Assembly: GCA_036339465.1 (NCBI GenBank)
Contig: JAYZAY010000081.1
Span: 1-30,111, forward strand
Length of the DNA: 30,111 nt
Reading direction: 5' to 3'
Source: Myxococcota bacterium
GTDB taxonomy: Bacteria > Myxococcota > XYA12-FULL-58-9 > JABJBS01
In this document: positions 9,803-20,064 of the stretch, in pieces
Numbering within the stretch: position 1 is the first letter of the stretch
Layout of the letters: the number at the start of each line of letters is the position of its first letter
The notes under the pieces: generated by a model
The model's input: only the letters and a program-made list of their open reading frames with translations
Told to the model about the DNA's origin: nothing
The model's database searches: none
Translations under genes and position numbers: made by a program

Positions 9803-10016
9803 CTCCGCTTGTGGCGTGGCAATTAGCGCATCGCCTCCCTCTGAACCAATAGCATATCGCCGATCCCGAGGAACCTCATGCCTCTATGGAACGTCGTGAA
9901 ATCAAGGGACCGGAAATGACCGCTTGGTTTTGGAAGTGCTGCCATGACTTTGACAAAAACCTGTCCTCTGGTTTATGAACACCACGGGTGTGCCCAATAA
10001 AGCTTATGAGGTCGCC

Positions 10017-10733
10017 ATGACTAAACAATTCAGTGTCAAAACTATTCAAAAGGAGTTTCGCGCCCTAGGGGACGAAAAGATTGCCGAACACTCCAAGGGT
10101 TTTTTTAAGACCGGTAAGGGGCAATATGGTGAAGGGGATAAGTTTCTGGGGATCCGGATGCCGGTGATTCGCAAGCAAGCCAAGGGTTACGGTGATTGTT
10201 CCTTGGAGCAAGTTTCGAAGATTCTAGAATCTCCCTATCATGAAGAGCGTATGTTGGCAGTGGTGATGTTGGTGGATCGTTTTAAGAACGCCGATGAAGA
10301 GGGTCAGAAAACCATCTATGATATTTACTTGGGAAATGCCCAATATGTAAATGGTTGGGACTTAGTAGACATATCAGCCCCCCCAATTGCGGGTGGGTAT
10401 TTAGAGAATCGAGACCGGTCCGTCTTGTATGAATTGGCGAAATCCACCGACCTTTGGAAGCGCCGAATCGCCATTGTGGCCACGTTCTTTTTTATTCGTC
10501 GAAATGATTTTAAGGACGTGGTGGCTATTTCCACTATTTTGAGGGATGACTCCGAGGATTTGATTCATAAAGCGGTGGGATGGATGCTGCGTGAAATGGG
10601 AAAACGCGACATGGATGTGGAAAGAAAATTCCTTAAAAAGAATTATCGCAAAATGCCTCGGACCATGCTGCGCTATGCCATCGAAAAATTTCCGGAAGAC
10701 GAGCGTCAAGGGTATCTCAGGGGCGTCATCTAG
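10017..10733 (+). CDS. DNA alkylation repair protein (AlkD-like HEAT-repeat family)
   Basis: FFKTGKGQYGEGDKFLG, HEER, WDLVD.SAP, LWKRRIAIV.T, DLIHKAVGWMLRE.GKR, MPRTMLRYAIEKF. The ATG at 10017 has GAGG upstream and is preferred over 9975. Confidence 0.92.
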   Translation: MTKQFSVKTIQKEFRALGDEKIAEHSKGFFKTGKGQYGEGDKFLGIRMPVIRKQAKGYGDCSLEQVSKILESPYHEERMLAVVMLVDRFKNADEEGQKTIYDIYLGNAQYVNGWDLVDISAPPIAGGYLENRDRSVLYELAKSTDLWKRRIAIVATFFFIRRNDFKDVVAISTILRDDSEDLIHKAVGWMLREMGKRDMDVERKFLKKNYRKMPRTMLRYAIEKFPEDERQGYLRGVI

Positions 10734-10861
10734 ACAATTTTACGGATTTATTCATGGTTTGAATGTTCTGTTTATAATGACAACTCCTCCTCTCGGAATA
10801 AAAAGAGCAGCGTTGTGGAAAAAATTTGAATCAAGTCGGGAATAAGTGGGCCTCAACGAAA

Positions 10862-12490
10862 TCATAGTTCTGGGTATGGCTGGACCTGGGGGACCACATC
10901 GAAGGCCAGGCTTATTCGATTTTCTGGATAGTTGAAAGGGACGGTATGATGCCAAAAGTGCGAAGGGAATATTACAAGTCTACCTGGCTTAGGCGCAAGG
11001 GTCAGAGTTTCTGGTGAAGAGTGGTGATAGAGGTCTTCTGTTCCCTGCCCAAAAACGAGGTGAGCAGGCGGTGCATCGGTTTCTGCCTCAAGAAGAGGGG
11101 GGGCCTGCACATAGTAGACGCCGCTTAGATAGCCGGAAGGATGAATATGAGGTATTTGGTGCCCCTCGCCCTTCATTACAATTGCCCATAGGTTTATCAA
11201 GTAGCTTGAGGGGATGCTTTCTGTTTTATCAGGCTTAAAACACTCTCGTTTGTGTGCCAAATACTGCTCAACTTGTGCTGTGATGAATTTGAAAATCTCT
11301 TTAATGCAAGGTTCAGGGGAGTTGTGGAGGTGACTCGAGTGAAAAGCAAGCCGGGTGGCGTGGTGGGCTTGGCTCGTTTTGAGACTTGGATGGGTACTGA
11401 GGAATTCCGCCAAGGAGTGATTAAGGGATCCGTGGTTGGCTGAGTCCTTGATGAGAATCTCACGGTGTAAATTCTGGATTTCTCTCAATTCCTTGGTTTG
11501 CCCCAATTCCGATAGGGCAATACAGCGAAAGGCCTTTAATTTCATTCCGTGGGGATATTCTTCAACGCCGGGTCCCAGGGTCTGACAGTATTTTAAAGCT
11601 TCTTCCGGTTGGTCGTTTTGCAGAAGCGTTCTGACAAGCCAACCCGAGCTCTCGGATTTTGTGGAGGGGATATGCGCTGCTTGTGCGTAGCAGTCGATGG
11701 CAGGTTTGAGTTCGCCCGCCTGTCGATGTAGGTGTCCTAAGCTAAGGTTGGCAATACCCTGTGATGCATCGTGGAGGCTGGCTTCGCGGAAATACTCCAT
11801 CGCTCTTGTTTTCTGCTTAAGACTTTCGTAGGCCTGACCGTAGGCATTGAGAATATTACCATCGTTTGGGTTGTCTTCATATAGCTCGTCTAAGTATTTG
11901 ATGGCTTTTTCTGTTTGTTTTAGGGCCAACGAAGCTAGGGCTAGATTGAGTTTTGCAATGGCGAATTTGGGATTAATGGCTAAGGCTTTTTCTGAGAATT
12001 CCACCGATTCTTCGTATCTTTCGAGGTCCAGTAAGATGCCTCCAAGATTTGAATAAGATTTTTCGTAAGAGGGGGAACAAGCGATGGCTTTTTGAAAACA
12101 AGAAGTTGCCTTTTGGAGTTGATTGACCTTTTTGAATAAGAGACCAAGGTTGTTGTAGGCGGGGGAATAATCAGGCTGTTGGACAATGGCTTGTTGGTAG
12201 GCGAGCTTTGCCTGCACCCAATTCTCCTGCCCCATGTAGGCATTGCCTAGGTTATTACTGATGGCGGCAGAGTCGGGGTCTGCCTCGGCGGCAGCATTTA
12301 GAAGGTCGATGGCTTCGGTGTAATTTGTGCTTTCCAGCTGAATAATTCCCAGGAGGTGCAGGGCCTCGGGGGTATTTGGAGCGAGGTCGAGAATCTGTTT
12401 GCAAATTCTGGATGCCAATGCACGGTTACCGTTTTTTTGGTGTTCCATGGCGATGGAGATGGCTTCTTCAAGGGTTACCGCTTCCGACAT
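10862..12490 (-). CDS. TPR-repeat protein with C-terminal putative 2OG-Fe(II) oxygenase domain (TIGR02466-like)
   Basis: Multiple TPRs (EALHLLG, NNLGNAY, AYNNLG, YSNLG), then WAIVM..EGHQIPHIHP.GYLSGVYYV and PGRLVIFPS.FWHHTVPF...RISLAFD. Confidence 0.9.
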   Translation of the reverse strand: MSEAVTLEEAISIAMEHQKNGNRALASRICKQILDLAPNTPEALHLLGIIQLESTNYTEAIDLLNAAAEADPDSAAISNNLGNAYMGQENWVQAKLAYQQAIVQQPDYSPAYNNLGLLFKKVNQLQKATSCFQKAIACSPSYEKSYSNLGGILLDLERYEESVEFSEKALAINPKFAIAKLNLALASLALKQTEKAIKYLDELYEDNPNDGNILNAYGQAYESLKQKTRAMEYFREASLHDASQGIANLSLGHLHRQAGELKPAIDCYAQAAHIPSTKSESSGWLVRTLLQNDQPEEALKYCQTLGPGVEEYPHGMKLKAFRCIALSELGQTKELREIQNLHREILIKDSANHGSLNHSLAEFLSTHPSLKTSQAHHATRLAFHSSHLHNSPEPCIKEIFKFITAQVEQYLAHKRECFKPDKTESIPSSYLINLWAIVMKGEGHQIPHIHPSGYLSGVYYVQAPPLLEAETDAPPAHLVFGQGTEDLYHHSSPETLTLAPKPGRLVIFPSHFWHHTVPFNYPENRISLAFDVVPQVQPYPEL

Positions 12491-12921
12491 GGGGCCAGTC
12501 TAACCAAGAGATTGGAGGGATACAAATTGTCGCCGAAAAAGAGTAGGGTGTTGGATGTTTCACTGACGCCCCGTAGGTTTCATTTGAACGGGTCGACATC
12601 CATTCGCTGGCTTGGGCAATTGACTTGAACGCGGGGACACTTAGTCAGAAGGCAGGGTCTCGACCGAGAAGGGGCGTGGAGGTGAATCCTATTTTGTGCT
12701 CTTCTAGGTCGCGTTTTGGAACCGCTGTTGTGGGGGGCAGGTTTTTATCGGTTTTGTCTGCCGGGACCCGTTTCTTCTTGAAGGAGGATGGAATGTCCGC
12801 GAGATAAAACCAGTCGACCGTGAAAAACTAGCCTTCTAGGAAGCTACGGGTGTTTGTCGACCTGTTTCGGATTGATTGATGCATTGAGTTGGTTGAGAGG
12901 CCATGATGAGTGGGAAATGAA

Positions 12922-13590
12922 ATGGCGTTTTTAAGAGTAGGCTTGATATCTTTGGTCACTGGGGTGTGTCTCGTGTTGGTGGGCGCATATTTTGTAGCCG
13001 CCCAGGGGCGTTCTGAGCACATAGCGTAGGTAAAGATTTACATGAAAGAATGCAGGGCTAAGAAATGGCCGAGCTGCGTTAAAGCGGGGGTTCTTTACCA
13101 AACCGGACTCGGGATGACCAATGATTTTTCTCAGGTCGCTCGTCTCTATCGTAGGTCGTTTAAGAGTGGAGAGTTGTCGGGTTGTACCAACCTTGGTTCT
13201 CTCTATCGGCGAGGTAAGGGGGTTGGATGGGATCCAAATCTGACTTTTAAATCCTTTAAGAAGGCCTGTGATGGTCAGGAAGAAAGGGCTTGTGCATATC
13301 TAGAAGAATAGTTGCCAGAACTATACGAGGCAGGGTGTAAGAAGGTCGATTTGATGGCGTGTGTCGAATTAAGACTTCTGTATGAACAGGGGAAGGAGGT
13401 TGGGCAAGAATATAACATATCCTACGAACTTTACTAAAAAGCCTGCGAAGGTGGTTCTCATTATGGAGTACGTATCTTGGAATGCTCTATTTGGCGGGGA
13501 GTGGTGTTGAGGTGAATCTTGGCGAGGCTTTCAATTTGTATCGGTGGGGGGGGCGATCAGAAAGTCTCTCGGGCTCTGCAGGTCGAAAAT
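12922..13590 (+). pseudogene. Sel1-like / HcpA-type cysteine-rich repeat protein, disrupted
   Basis: ATG 12922 with signal-like hydrophobic stretch; repeats such as C...G.LY..G.G and KAC..G. In-frame stops TAG 13027-29, TAG 13309-11, TAA 13435-37; frameshift near 13468 (frame resumes as TYLGMLYLAGSGV); likely another at the G8 run 13546-53. Right boundary approximate. Confidence 0.85.
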
Positions 13591-13863
13591 TTCACCTATT
13601 CTTAGACCCAATAAATGGTTTTTCAACAGGCATCCATGTTTCAGCGGATTGCATTGATGCAGCTCTCGCATTGAGTTGGGCTAAGACCGGTCCTTTGGTG
13701 AAAAACCTCGAATGGTTGGTGAGGGCTCTTTGGTTATCTTAGTATTCTTTAGAAAATAGGCTCCACGCCCGTGAAGCATCTGGGATCTGCAGTGCCAAGC
13801 AAGGTGGTACTTTGAGGGTTGGTCTAATGTTGGCGCGCAAATTAAGACTCTATTAAGATTCTA

Positions 13864-14487
13864 TTAGGGCTTTTGGGCGCTTTTTTCGTGCGTGCCCGCG
13901 AGTAGTTTGTTGGCCTGGGTATCGAGAAACATCCTGATCGGCTGAATCATTTTTGCGAAATCAATGGGGTTTTCAAGGGCGAATCCCTTGAAGAGGAGGG
14001 AAAGGGTGCCGCGTCCTTTTTGGGCTAGGAAGAGCATGCCGATGATGTTGCCGTCCCTTCCCCTAATGTTACCGAGCCGCACGTTTCCGGTCAGAATGTG
14101 GTCGACGGGAATATTCTCCAATTTCCCCAAGGGGTTGGTCCTGAGTTCATGTTTCCATCGGGCGAGGAATTTGCGCTCGGCTTTATCCTGATGACGCACC
14201 ACGGAGTAACCGATGTCGATACGTTTTCCTGGCCGGCCACTTGTACAGCTCAATTTGTAGATGATTGGATTCTCGCCACCGATGTGAACCTTGTGTGCAA
14301 CCCGACGCGCCCTCGGGAACATATCTACATGACTTTCTTGGAGCGCGTGAGCGACCGCTTCTTCAACCTCATTGACGAGTGCTCTTTCTGCGGTGTTTAG
14401 TTCGTCGGCTGTGATAAGCAATTTAGCGAGGAGTCCAAGTATCAGAACCCCGGATGCGATTTTTATAACTTGTTGACGATTTTTCAT
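13864..14487 (-). CDS. Hypothetical membrane-anchored or exported protein
   Basis: 207 aa with N-terminal hydrophobic helix (IASGVLILGLLAKLLI) and a globular-looking remainder. No family recognised. Confidence 0.65.
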   Translation of the reverse strand: MKNRQQVIKIASGVLILGLLAKLLITADELNTAERALVNEVEEAVAHALQESHVDMFPRARRVAHKVHIGGENPIIYKLSCTSGRPGKRIDIGYSVVRHQDKAERKFLARWKHELRTNPLGKLENIPVDHILTGNVRLGNIRGRDGNIIGMLFLAQKGRGTLSLLFKGFALENPIDFAKMIQPIRMFLDTQANKLLAGTHEKSAQKP

Positions 14488-15146
14488 GGGACTATTCTTG
14501 TTTTACGAATATGTTGTAAGTGCAGGCTTTGTGCTTTTGGTTGTTTTTTTATGCAGTCTTCGAGCATGGTTTAGAATTCCTACATTGTTGCTTAGAATGG
14601 TTACCCTTTGTTCTTTGGTTACGGCGCGGTGAAGAAGGCCGCGTGATGTGTCGGTGGTTTTGGCTAAGGGGGCTTTGGGTTTGAGGGCCTCAGGAGCATC
14701 GAGCCCAGGGCGGATATTGAGGGGTGCTTATGCCAGAGTTTGGTGGGTGCCCCGCTACTTTGGCCTAGAAGATTCCCTTCGATCCCCCCACTCATTCCCG
14801 CGCAGCCATTGCTCACAAAATGACGTATGAGTTGCAAGCTTCCTTGGCCCATCCCTTGGTCGCGGTGGCTATAGGCGATGCCCGGATAACCATGTTGATA
14901 AAGAGCAGGGGAGGGTTTTGCATCGATCATGGTTTGTGGAGCTTCGAATAGGTTAATATCGGTTAGGTATTGGGCGTGCTGTTTTCGTGGGTTTCTCTGA
15001 AGCTGGAGAATGTGAGGAGGATGGCAAAAAATCCTAAGTTTAAATGTGGTTTTTGCATTGAACTTACCGATGGGTTGGGATTTTCCATAGGACGGTTGGC
15101 AAATTGAAATTGAGCTCTTTCGTGCGAAAGAGGGTTTAAGATTTGG

Positions 15147-16025
15147 TCACTCAACAATCTTTGCTTGGTCGCTGCCGCCTGCACCGGTTCCAAAACCAGT
15201 CCCTGCGACATCGTCACCAGCGATGCGGATGAGTTCGCCCCCAGGTGCAGCTCGGTAGGGTTCGAAGTCAGTGATACCAACTTTCTTGAGGATGTCTTCA
15301 TCGAGCAGTGCGTGTCCACTTACCTCGGGCGGGTCGAAGGAGAGAATCGCGAGCACAGCGTCGGTGAGAATATTGGTTTTACGCCAGTTTTCGGGACCAC
15401 CGAGGCCAAAGTTGATGGATGCTTGGGATTCGACGATGGTTGCGGGCCATAGGGCATTGACGGAGATATTATCGTTTTTCACCTCTTCCGCGAGACCGTG
15501 GGCGATGATGGTCATGCCGAATTTGGAGATGCAATATGCGACTTTTCCAGGAAGCATTCCCCTATTGATGGGAGGTGACATATTGATGATGTGTCCAAAG
15601 CCTTGTTTTTTCATATGGGGAAGGCAGTGATAGGCACACCCGTAGGAAGCGCGGGCGTTTACGTCCATCACAAGGTCGAATTTTTTGAGCGGGGTTTCTT
15701 CCACATTGCGCCACCAGAGTGCGCCAGCGTTATTGATGAGGATATCGATGCGCCCAAATTCATCGATGGTTTGATTGACCATGAAGGCGATGTCTTTTTC
15801 TTTGCGTAGGTTGGTTTTGACCGCGATGGCTTTTCTTCCGAGGGCAAGGACTTCATCTCGGGTCTCGAAGATGCTCCCTGGCAAACGGGGGTCGGGTTCC
15901 GTGGTTTTGGCGGCCACCACGATATCGGCGCCGGCTTTTGCTAGGGCGAGGCAAATATCTTTTCCAATACCGCGACTACTGCCGGTGACGATGGCCACGC
16001 GTCCGGTCAAATCTGGTGTCTTCAT
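15147..16025 (-). CDS. Short-chain dehydrogenase/reductase, HSDL2-like subfamily
   Basis: TGSSRGIG, NNAG and YCISK, plus subfamily-type AAKT.EP.P.LPGSI and VNALWP.T. Confidence 0.92.
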   Translation of the reverse strand: MKTPDLTGRVAIVTGSSRGIGKDICLALAKAGADIVVAAKTTEPDPRLPGSIFETRDEVLALGRKAIAVKTNLRKEKDIAFMVNQTIDEFGRIDILINNAGALWWRNVEETPLKKFDLVMDVNARASYGCAYHCLPHMKKQGFGHIINMSPPINRGMLPGKVAYCISKFGMTIIAHGLAEEVKNDNISVNALWPATIVESQASINFGLGGPENWRKTNILTDAVLAILSFDPPEVSGHALLDEDILKKVGITDFEPYRAAPGGELIRIAGDDVAGTGFGTGAGGSDQAKIVE

Positions 16026-16140
16026 GAAGAACTCCCGGGGGCTTGTGTAAACGATACCTAGTCGAATCTCACGGAAAAATCCAGGGTGGCCCCTCCAAGG
16101 GAGTCCGAGCGGGTATTTTTTGGCATTGGGTGAGCTTCAA

Positions 16141-16169
16141 TTGCGTAAAACTTGGGTATTTCCTATAGT
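16141..16169 (+). promoter_or_regulatory. Putative sigma70 promoter for the glutamate-synthase-family gene
   Basis: TTGCGT (16141-46), 17 nt spacer, TATAGT (16164-69), ending 17 nt before the GTG start at 16187. Confidence 0.5.
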
Positions 16170-16186
16170 TTAGGGCTGAAGAAGAC

Positions 16187-17668
16187 GTGGAGGCATGGGT
16201 GCTAGAGTTTATATCTGCTCATCCAATTATTGGAGGATTTGGGGGGCTGTTGTTGCTGCTCGGGGGACTTGCTCTCTACGATATTTGTCAGAATCGCAGT
16301 GCCATTCGTCACAACTTTCCCGTGATTGGCTGGGGGCGGTATTTACTTGAGCAAATTGGTCCAGAGTTGCGGCAATATTTGGTGGCCAATGATAAGGAAG
16401 AGCGTCCTTTTAATCGGGATGAACGTCGATGGATTTATGCCACTGCCAAGGGTGAGAACAATAATTTTGGCTTTGGCACCACGGAAATTATTTACGGGAT
16501 CGGTTATCCCATTATAAAACACGCTGCTTTTCCGGTAAATCCCGGCCATGCAATGGAAGACCCTACGGCGATACCCTGTGCCAAAGTGATGGGGCAGAGT
16601 CATGGGCGGAAACGAGCTTTTCGGCCTAGTTCGGTGGTCAATATTAGTGCGATGTCTTTTGGCTCCTTAGGAGAAAGGGCGATTACATCTTTGAATCAGG
16701 GGGCCAAGCTTGCCAATTGTTTCCACAATTCCGGTGAGGGTTCGGTGAGCCCCTATCATCTTCGCGGTGCCGACGTTATGTGGCAGTTGGGGACTGCTTA
16801 TTTCGGTGCAAGAAATGACGATGGAAGTTTTTCACTGGAAAAGGCTCAAAAGAAGGTTTCTGATCACGCGAGTATCCGATGCATTGAGATTAAACTCTCT
16901 CAAGGCGCGAAACCAGGGAAGGGGGGGATTTTACCGGGCTCGAAGGTGACGGCTGAAATTGCCGCCACCCGTGGGATCCCAGAGGGGCTGGATTGTTTGT
17001 CTCCCAATTCCCATGGTGAGTTCAGCTGTGCCAACACGCTTATTGATTTTGTGGAATCTATCGCTGAAGGCACCGGGCTTCCCGTGGGGATTAAAAGTGC
17101 CGTTGGGGAAATCCGATTCTGGGAGGATCTGGCGGCGGCGATGAAGGTGCGAAACGCCGGGCCCGATTTTATTACCATCGATGGGGGTGAGGGGGGGACA
17201 GGTGCAGCTCCCTTGACCTTTACCGACCATGTGGCATTGCCTTTCAAGGTGGGGTTCCAACGGGTGTATCGAACCTTTCAAGCTCAGGGTGTAGCTCAAG
17301 ATATTGTGTGGATTGGTAGTGGTAAATTGGGACTCCCAGACAGGGCCGTGGTGGCGATGGCCATGGGGTGTGACCTCATCAATATTGCTCGGGAGGCCAT
17401 GATGGCCATTGGCTGCATTCAGGCCCAACATTGTCATACGGACTTTTGCCCAACGGGGATCGCCACCCATAACCCATGGTTACAAGGGGGGCTGAATGTC
17501 GCAGATAAAACCGAACGGTTTGCCCGGTTTGTGCGGGGGTTTCGTAAGGAACTCTTGGCGCTTTCCCATACTGCAGGCTACGAGCACCCCTGCCAATTTA
17601 CGGGACAGGATGTCGAGTTTAGCACCGGGGTCAACAAGTTTTCGAGTCTTTCAGAGGTGCTTGGATAG
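16187..17668 (+). CDS. FMN-binding glutamate synthase family protein (stand-alone GltB FMN domain); C-terminus possibly clipped
   Basis: NISAMSFGSL, SGEG, IEIKLSQGAKPGKGGILP, PVGIK, DFITIDGGEGGTGAAP and 3Fe-4S motif GCIQAQHCHTDFCPTGIAT; N-terminal TM helix. Frame continues past the TAG to 17716. Confidence 0.92.
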   Translation: MEAWVLEFISAHPIIGGFGGLLLLLGGLALYDICQNRSAIRHNFPVIGWGRYLLEQIGPELRQYLVANDKEERPFNRDERRWIYATAKGENNNFGFGTTEIIYGIGYPIIKHAAFPVNPGHAMEDPTAIPCAKVMGQSHGRKRAFRPSSVVNISAMSFGSLGERAITSLNQGAKLANCFHNSGEGSVSPYHLRGADVMWQLGTAYFGARNDDGSFSLEKAQKKVSDHASIRCIEIKLSQGAKPGKGGILPGSKVTAEIAATRGIPEGLDCLSPNSHGEFSCANTLIDFVESIAEGTGLPVGIKSAVGEIRFWEDLAAAMKVRNAGPDFITIDGGEGGTGAAPLTFTDHVALPFKVGFQRVYRTFQAQGVAQDIVWIGSGKLGLPDRAVVAMAMGCDLINIAREAMMAIGCIQAQHCHTDFCPTGIATHNPWLQGGLNVADKTERFARFVRGFRKELLALSHTAGYEHPCQFTGQDVEFSTGVNKFSSLSEVLG

Positions 17669-17757
17669 GAAAAAGAGGTGGTTCCCTTCACTTCCATGGT
17701 GGATTTGATTTCCTAGGCCTACGACCAAGCCATGAATGGGTTATTTTGTTTGTTCGC

Positions 17758-18114
17758 TTAGGCCTCTGGCTGTACAATAAACGAGCAGGCTTGCCAGTCT
17801 AACGCGAAAAAGTCACCGTTCAAGCATGTTATATTTGGGATGTTTAGGGCTTCGGCCGCGCATTGGGCTTCGGCGTCAATGGGCTCGATACATTTTTCGC
17901 TTGTGGCGTGGGCGCAAAGTAAGCTTGGCGGCATGGCCGGCGCCGCTACTGAGATCTAGGAAATGGGCTTTGGCGGTCACCCCGGGGCACTTGAAAATAG
18001 AGATGGCGCCTCGCTCGCGATATGCCAAAGTGAGATCCTGCTGGGGGTTTTGTCTGGCAGAGGCTCAGGTGTCTCTGGCTTTGACAAAAACGAACCGTGA
18101 CTCAAAATAGACAC
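17758..18114 (-). pseudogene. Remnant of a class I SAM-dependent methyltransferase (possibly DOT1-like)
   Basis: Minus strand gives LAYRE...HFLDLSSGAG (17936-17965, motif-I-like) and, in a shifted frame, NITCLNGDFFALDW (about 17794-17835). AAGGAG plus GTG at 18114 in another frame. Confidence 0.45.
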
Positions 18115-18264
18115 TGCTCCTTTGGGGGAATGGGATTTCGTTGGTATTTAGGCGAGAATGCCCCGTTTGGCATGAACCGTCGTGTAGATATTACACCGCG
18201 AATTCGATAGGAACTTCACGTCCTCCCCCTGTTCTTTTTTTTGGGGGGGCAGGTTGGGAACTTC

Positions 18265-19560
18265 TTAGAATTGTTCTTCTTCCGTCGAACCAGTGAGTGC
18301 TGTGACCGAGGATTGTCCACCCTGGATGACCGTGGCAATCTTATCGAAATAACCGGTTCCCACTTCCGCTTGGTGGTTGACAAAACTGTAACCACGCTCT
18401 TTTGCCGCGAATTCCTTTTCCTGAAGTGCGACATAGGCGGTCATGTTGTCGTTGACATAGCCCTGGGTCAAATCGAACATGTTGTACCACATGCTGTGGA
18501 TCCCGGCCAAGGTGATGAATTGGAATTTATAGCCCATGGCCCCCAGTTCTCGCTGGAACTTAGCGATGGTGGCATCATCGAGATTCGCTTTCCAGTTGAA
18601 GGATGGGGAGCAGTTATAGGCAAGCATTTGGTCAGGGAATTCCTTGTGGATGGCATCGGCAAATTCTTGAGCCTCTGCGAGGTCGGGGCGGGCGGTTTCA
18701 CACCAAATCAAATCCGCGTAGGGGGCGTAGGCCAATCCGCGAGCGATCGCCTGGCCGAGACCGGGTTTACTGTGATAAAAGCCTTCGGGGGTTCTTTCTC
18801 CCGTGAGAAATGGTTTGTCGTGCTCGTCGATGTCGGAGGTGACCATGGCTGCGGCATTGGCGTCGGTGCGGGCCAAAAGCAATGTTTCGCATCCCATGAC
18901 GTCGGCGGCGAGACGGGCCGCAATCAGCTTTTGCACCGCTTCGGTGGTGGGGACAAGAACCTTACAGCCCATGTGACCGCACTTTTTCACTGAGGCCAGC
19001 TGATCTTCAAAGTGAACCCCTGCGGCTCCGGCTTTGATCATGTTCTTCATGAGTTCAAAGGCGTTGAGAATGCCACCGAAACCCGCTTCGGCATCGGCGA
19101 CGATGGGGGCGAAGAAATCCAAGCCATCTTCTTCGTGATGCTCGGCCCATTGAATATGGTCGGCTCTGCCGAAGGCGCCATTGATCTTGTTGACCAAGCG
19201 AGGCACGGAGTTGGTGGGGTAGAGCGACTGGTCGGGATACATGGAGTCGGCCAGGTTGGCATCGGCGGCCACCTGCCAGCCGGAGACGTAGATGGCTTTA
19301 ACCCCCGCTTTCACTTGCTGAAGAGCCTGGCCTCCGGTGAGGGCGCCTAGGGCATTGATGAAAGGCTCATCATGGAGATAGCGCCACAGTTTTTCGGCAC
19401 CACGGGTGGCGAGGGTTTGTTCTGATTGCGCAGAGCCTCTTAAGTTGACCACGTCTTTGGGAGAGTAACCGCGCTTGACGTTTTTCCAGCGAGGGTTTTC
19501 GGCCCACTCGTTGGCGACAATTTTTATCTGCTCGGATCGGCTTAATGGACGTAGTGACAT
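18265..19560 (-). CDS. aceA: Isocitrate lyase
   Basis: [82 protein letters not shown], ending TEEEQF. Confidence 0.98.
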   Translation of the reverse strand: MSLRPLSRSEQIKIVANEWAENPRWKNVKRGYSPKDVVNLRGSAQSEQTLATRGAEKLWRYLHDEPFINALGALTGGQALQQVKAGVKAIYVSGWQVAADANLADSMYPDQSLYPTNSVPRLVNKINGAFGRADHIQWAEHHEEDGLDFFAPIVADAEAGFGGILNAFELMKNMIKAGAAGVHFEDQLASVKKCGHMGCKVLVPTTEAVQKLIAARLAADVMGCETLLLARTDANAAAMVTSDIDEHDKPFLTGERTPEGFYHSKPGLGQAIARGLAYAPYADLIWCETARPDLAEAQEFADAIHKEFPDQMLAYNCSPSFNWKANLDDATIAKFQRELGAMGYKFQFITLAGIHSMWYNMFDLTQGYVNDNMTAYVALQEKEFAAKERGYSFVNHQAEVGTGYFDKIATVIQGGQSSVTALTGSTEEEQF

Positions 19561-20064
19561 GTGCGCTCCAGGGTAAATAAATTCGGAAGCCTATAAAGCA
19601 GATCAAGGAAGCGGACTCAAATCCTCAGCCCTTTTCGGGTGTGTTTTTGTGGAAGCGACGATCAAATACAAAATCGTAGGTATGTGGTGGTGGCTGGGTT
19701 TTATGAAATATCCACCATCATGAACCGGACTGGAAGTATATGGGGGAGTGCTAGGCGCGCTCGTGGATGACGGTTTGGCTTGGAGGTACCGTCTTATTGG
19801 GGAGGTCGGTTTTCCATGGTTTACAAACATAAAAAAGCGTTCCATCGAAGATGGGCTATTCCATTTTCCGTGCGTAGTCATCGCTTTGATTCGCTGGCAT
19901 TGGACTCGGGCTCAGTGATTTTTACACGGTCGGTTCAGCTCCAATTGAGCGCTATCTAAACAATTTCCTGTCTTGCCACTGTGCTAAATCTGGATCTCAG
20001 AGGCCTCTTCGCGTAAGGATAAGCGGCAATTTATTCAGAATCTCAAATGAGTAGAGGTAGTGTG

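Noticed and set aside
9950..9980. sigma70 promoter for the AlkD-like gene
   Set aside because: Perfect TTGACA but no convincing -10 at 16-18 nt spacing.
14664..14930. GNAT-like motif (HRDQGMG) in an 88 aa ORF
   Set aside because: A single short resemblance with no other GNAT features; may be a remnant but cannot be supported.
18222..18253. Intrinsic terminator after aceA
   Set aside because: Imperfect C/G stem with a long loop and no following U-tract on the minus strand.
18241..18993. 250 aa plus-strand ORF and other ORFs nested in long genes
   Set aside because: Antisense or alternate-frame shadows of well-supported genes such as aceA.
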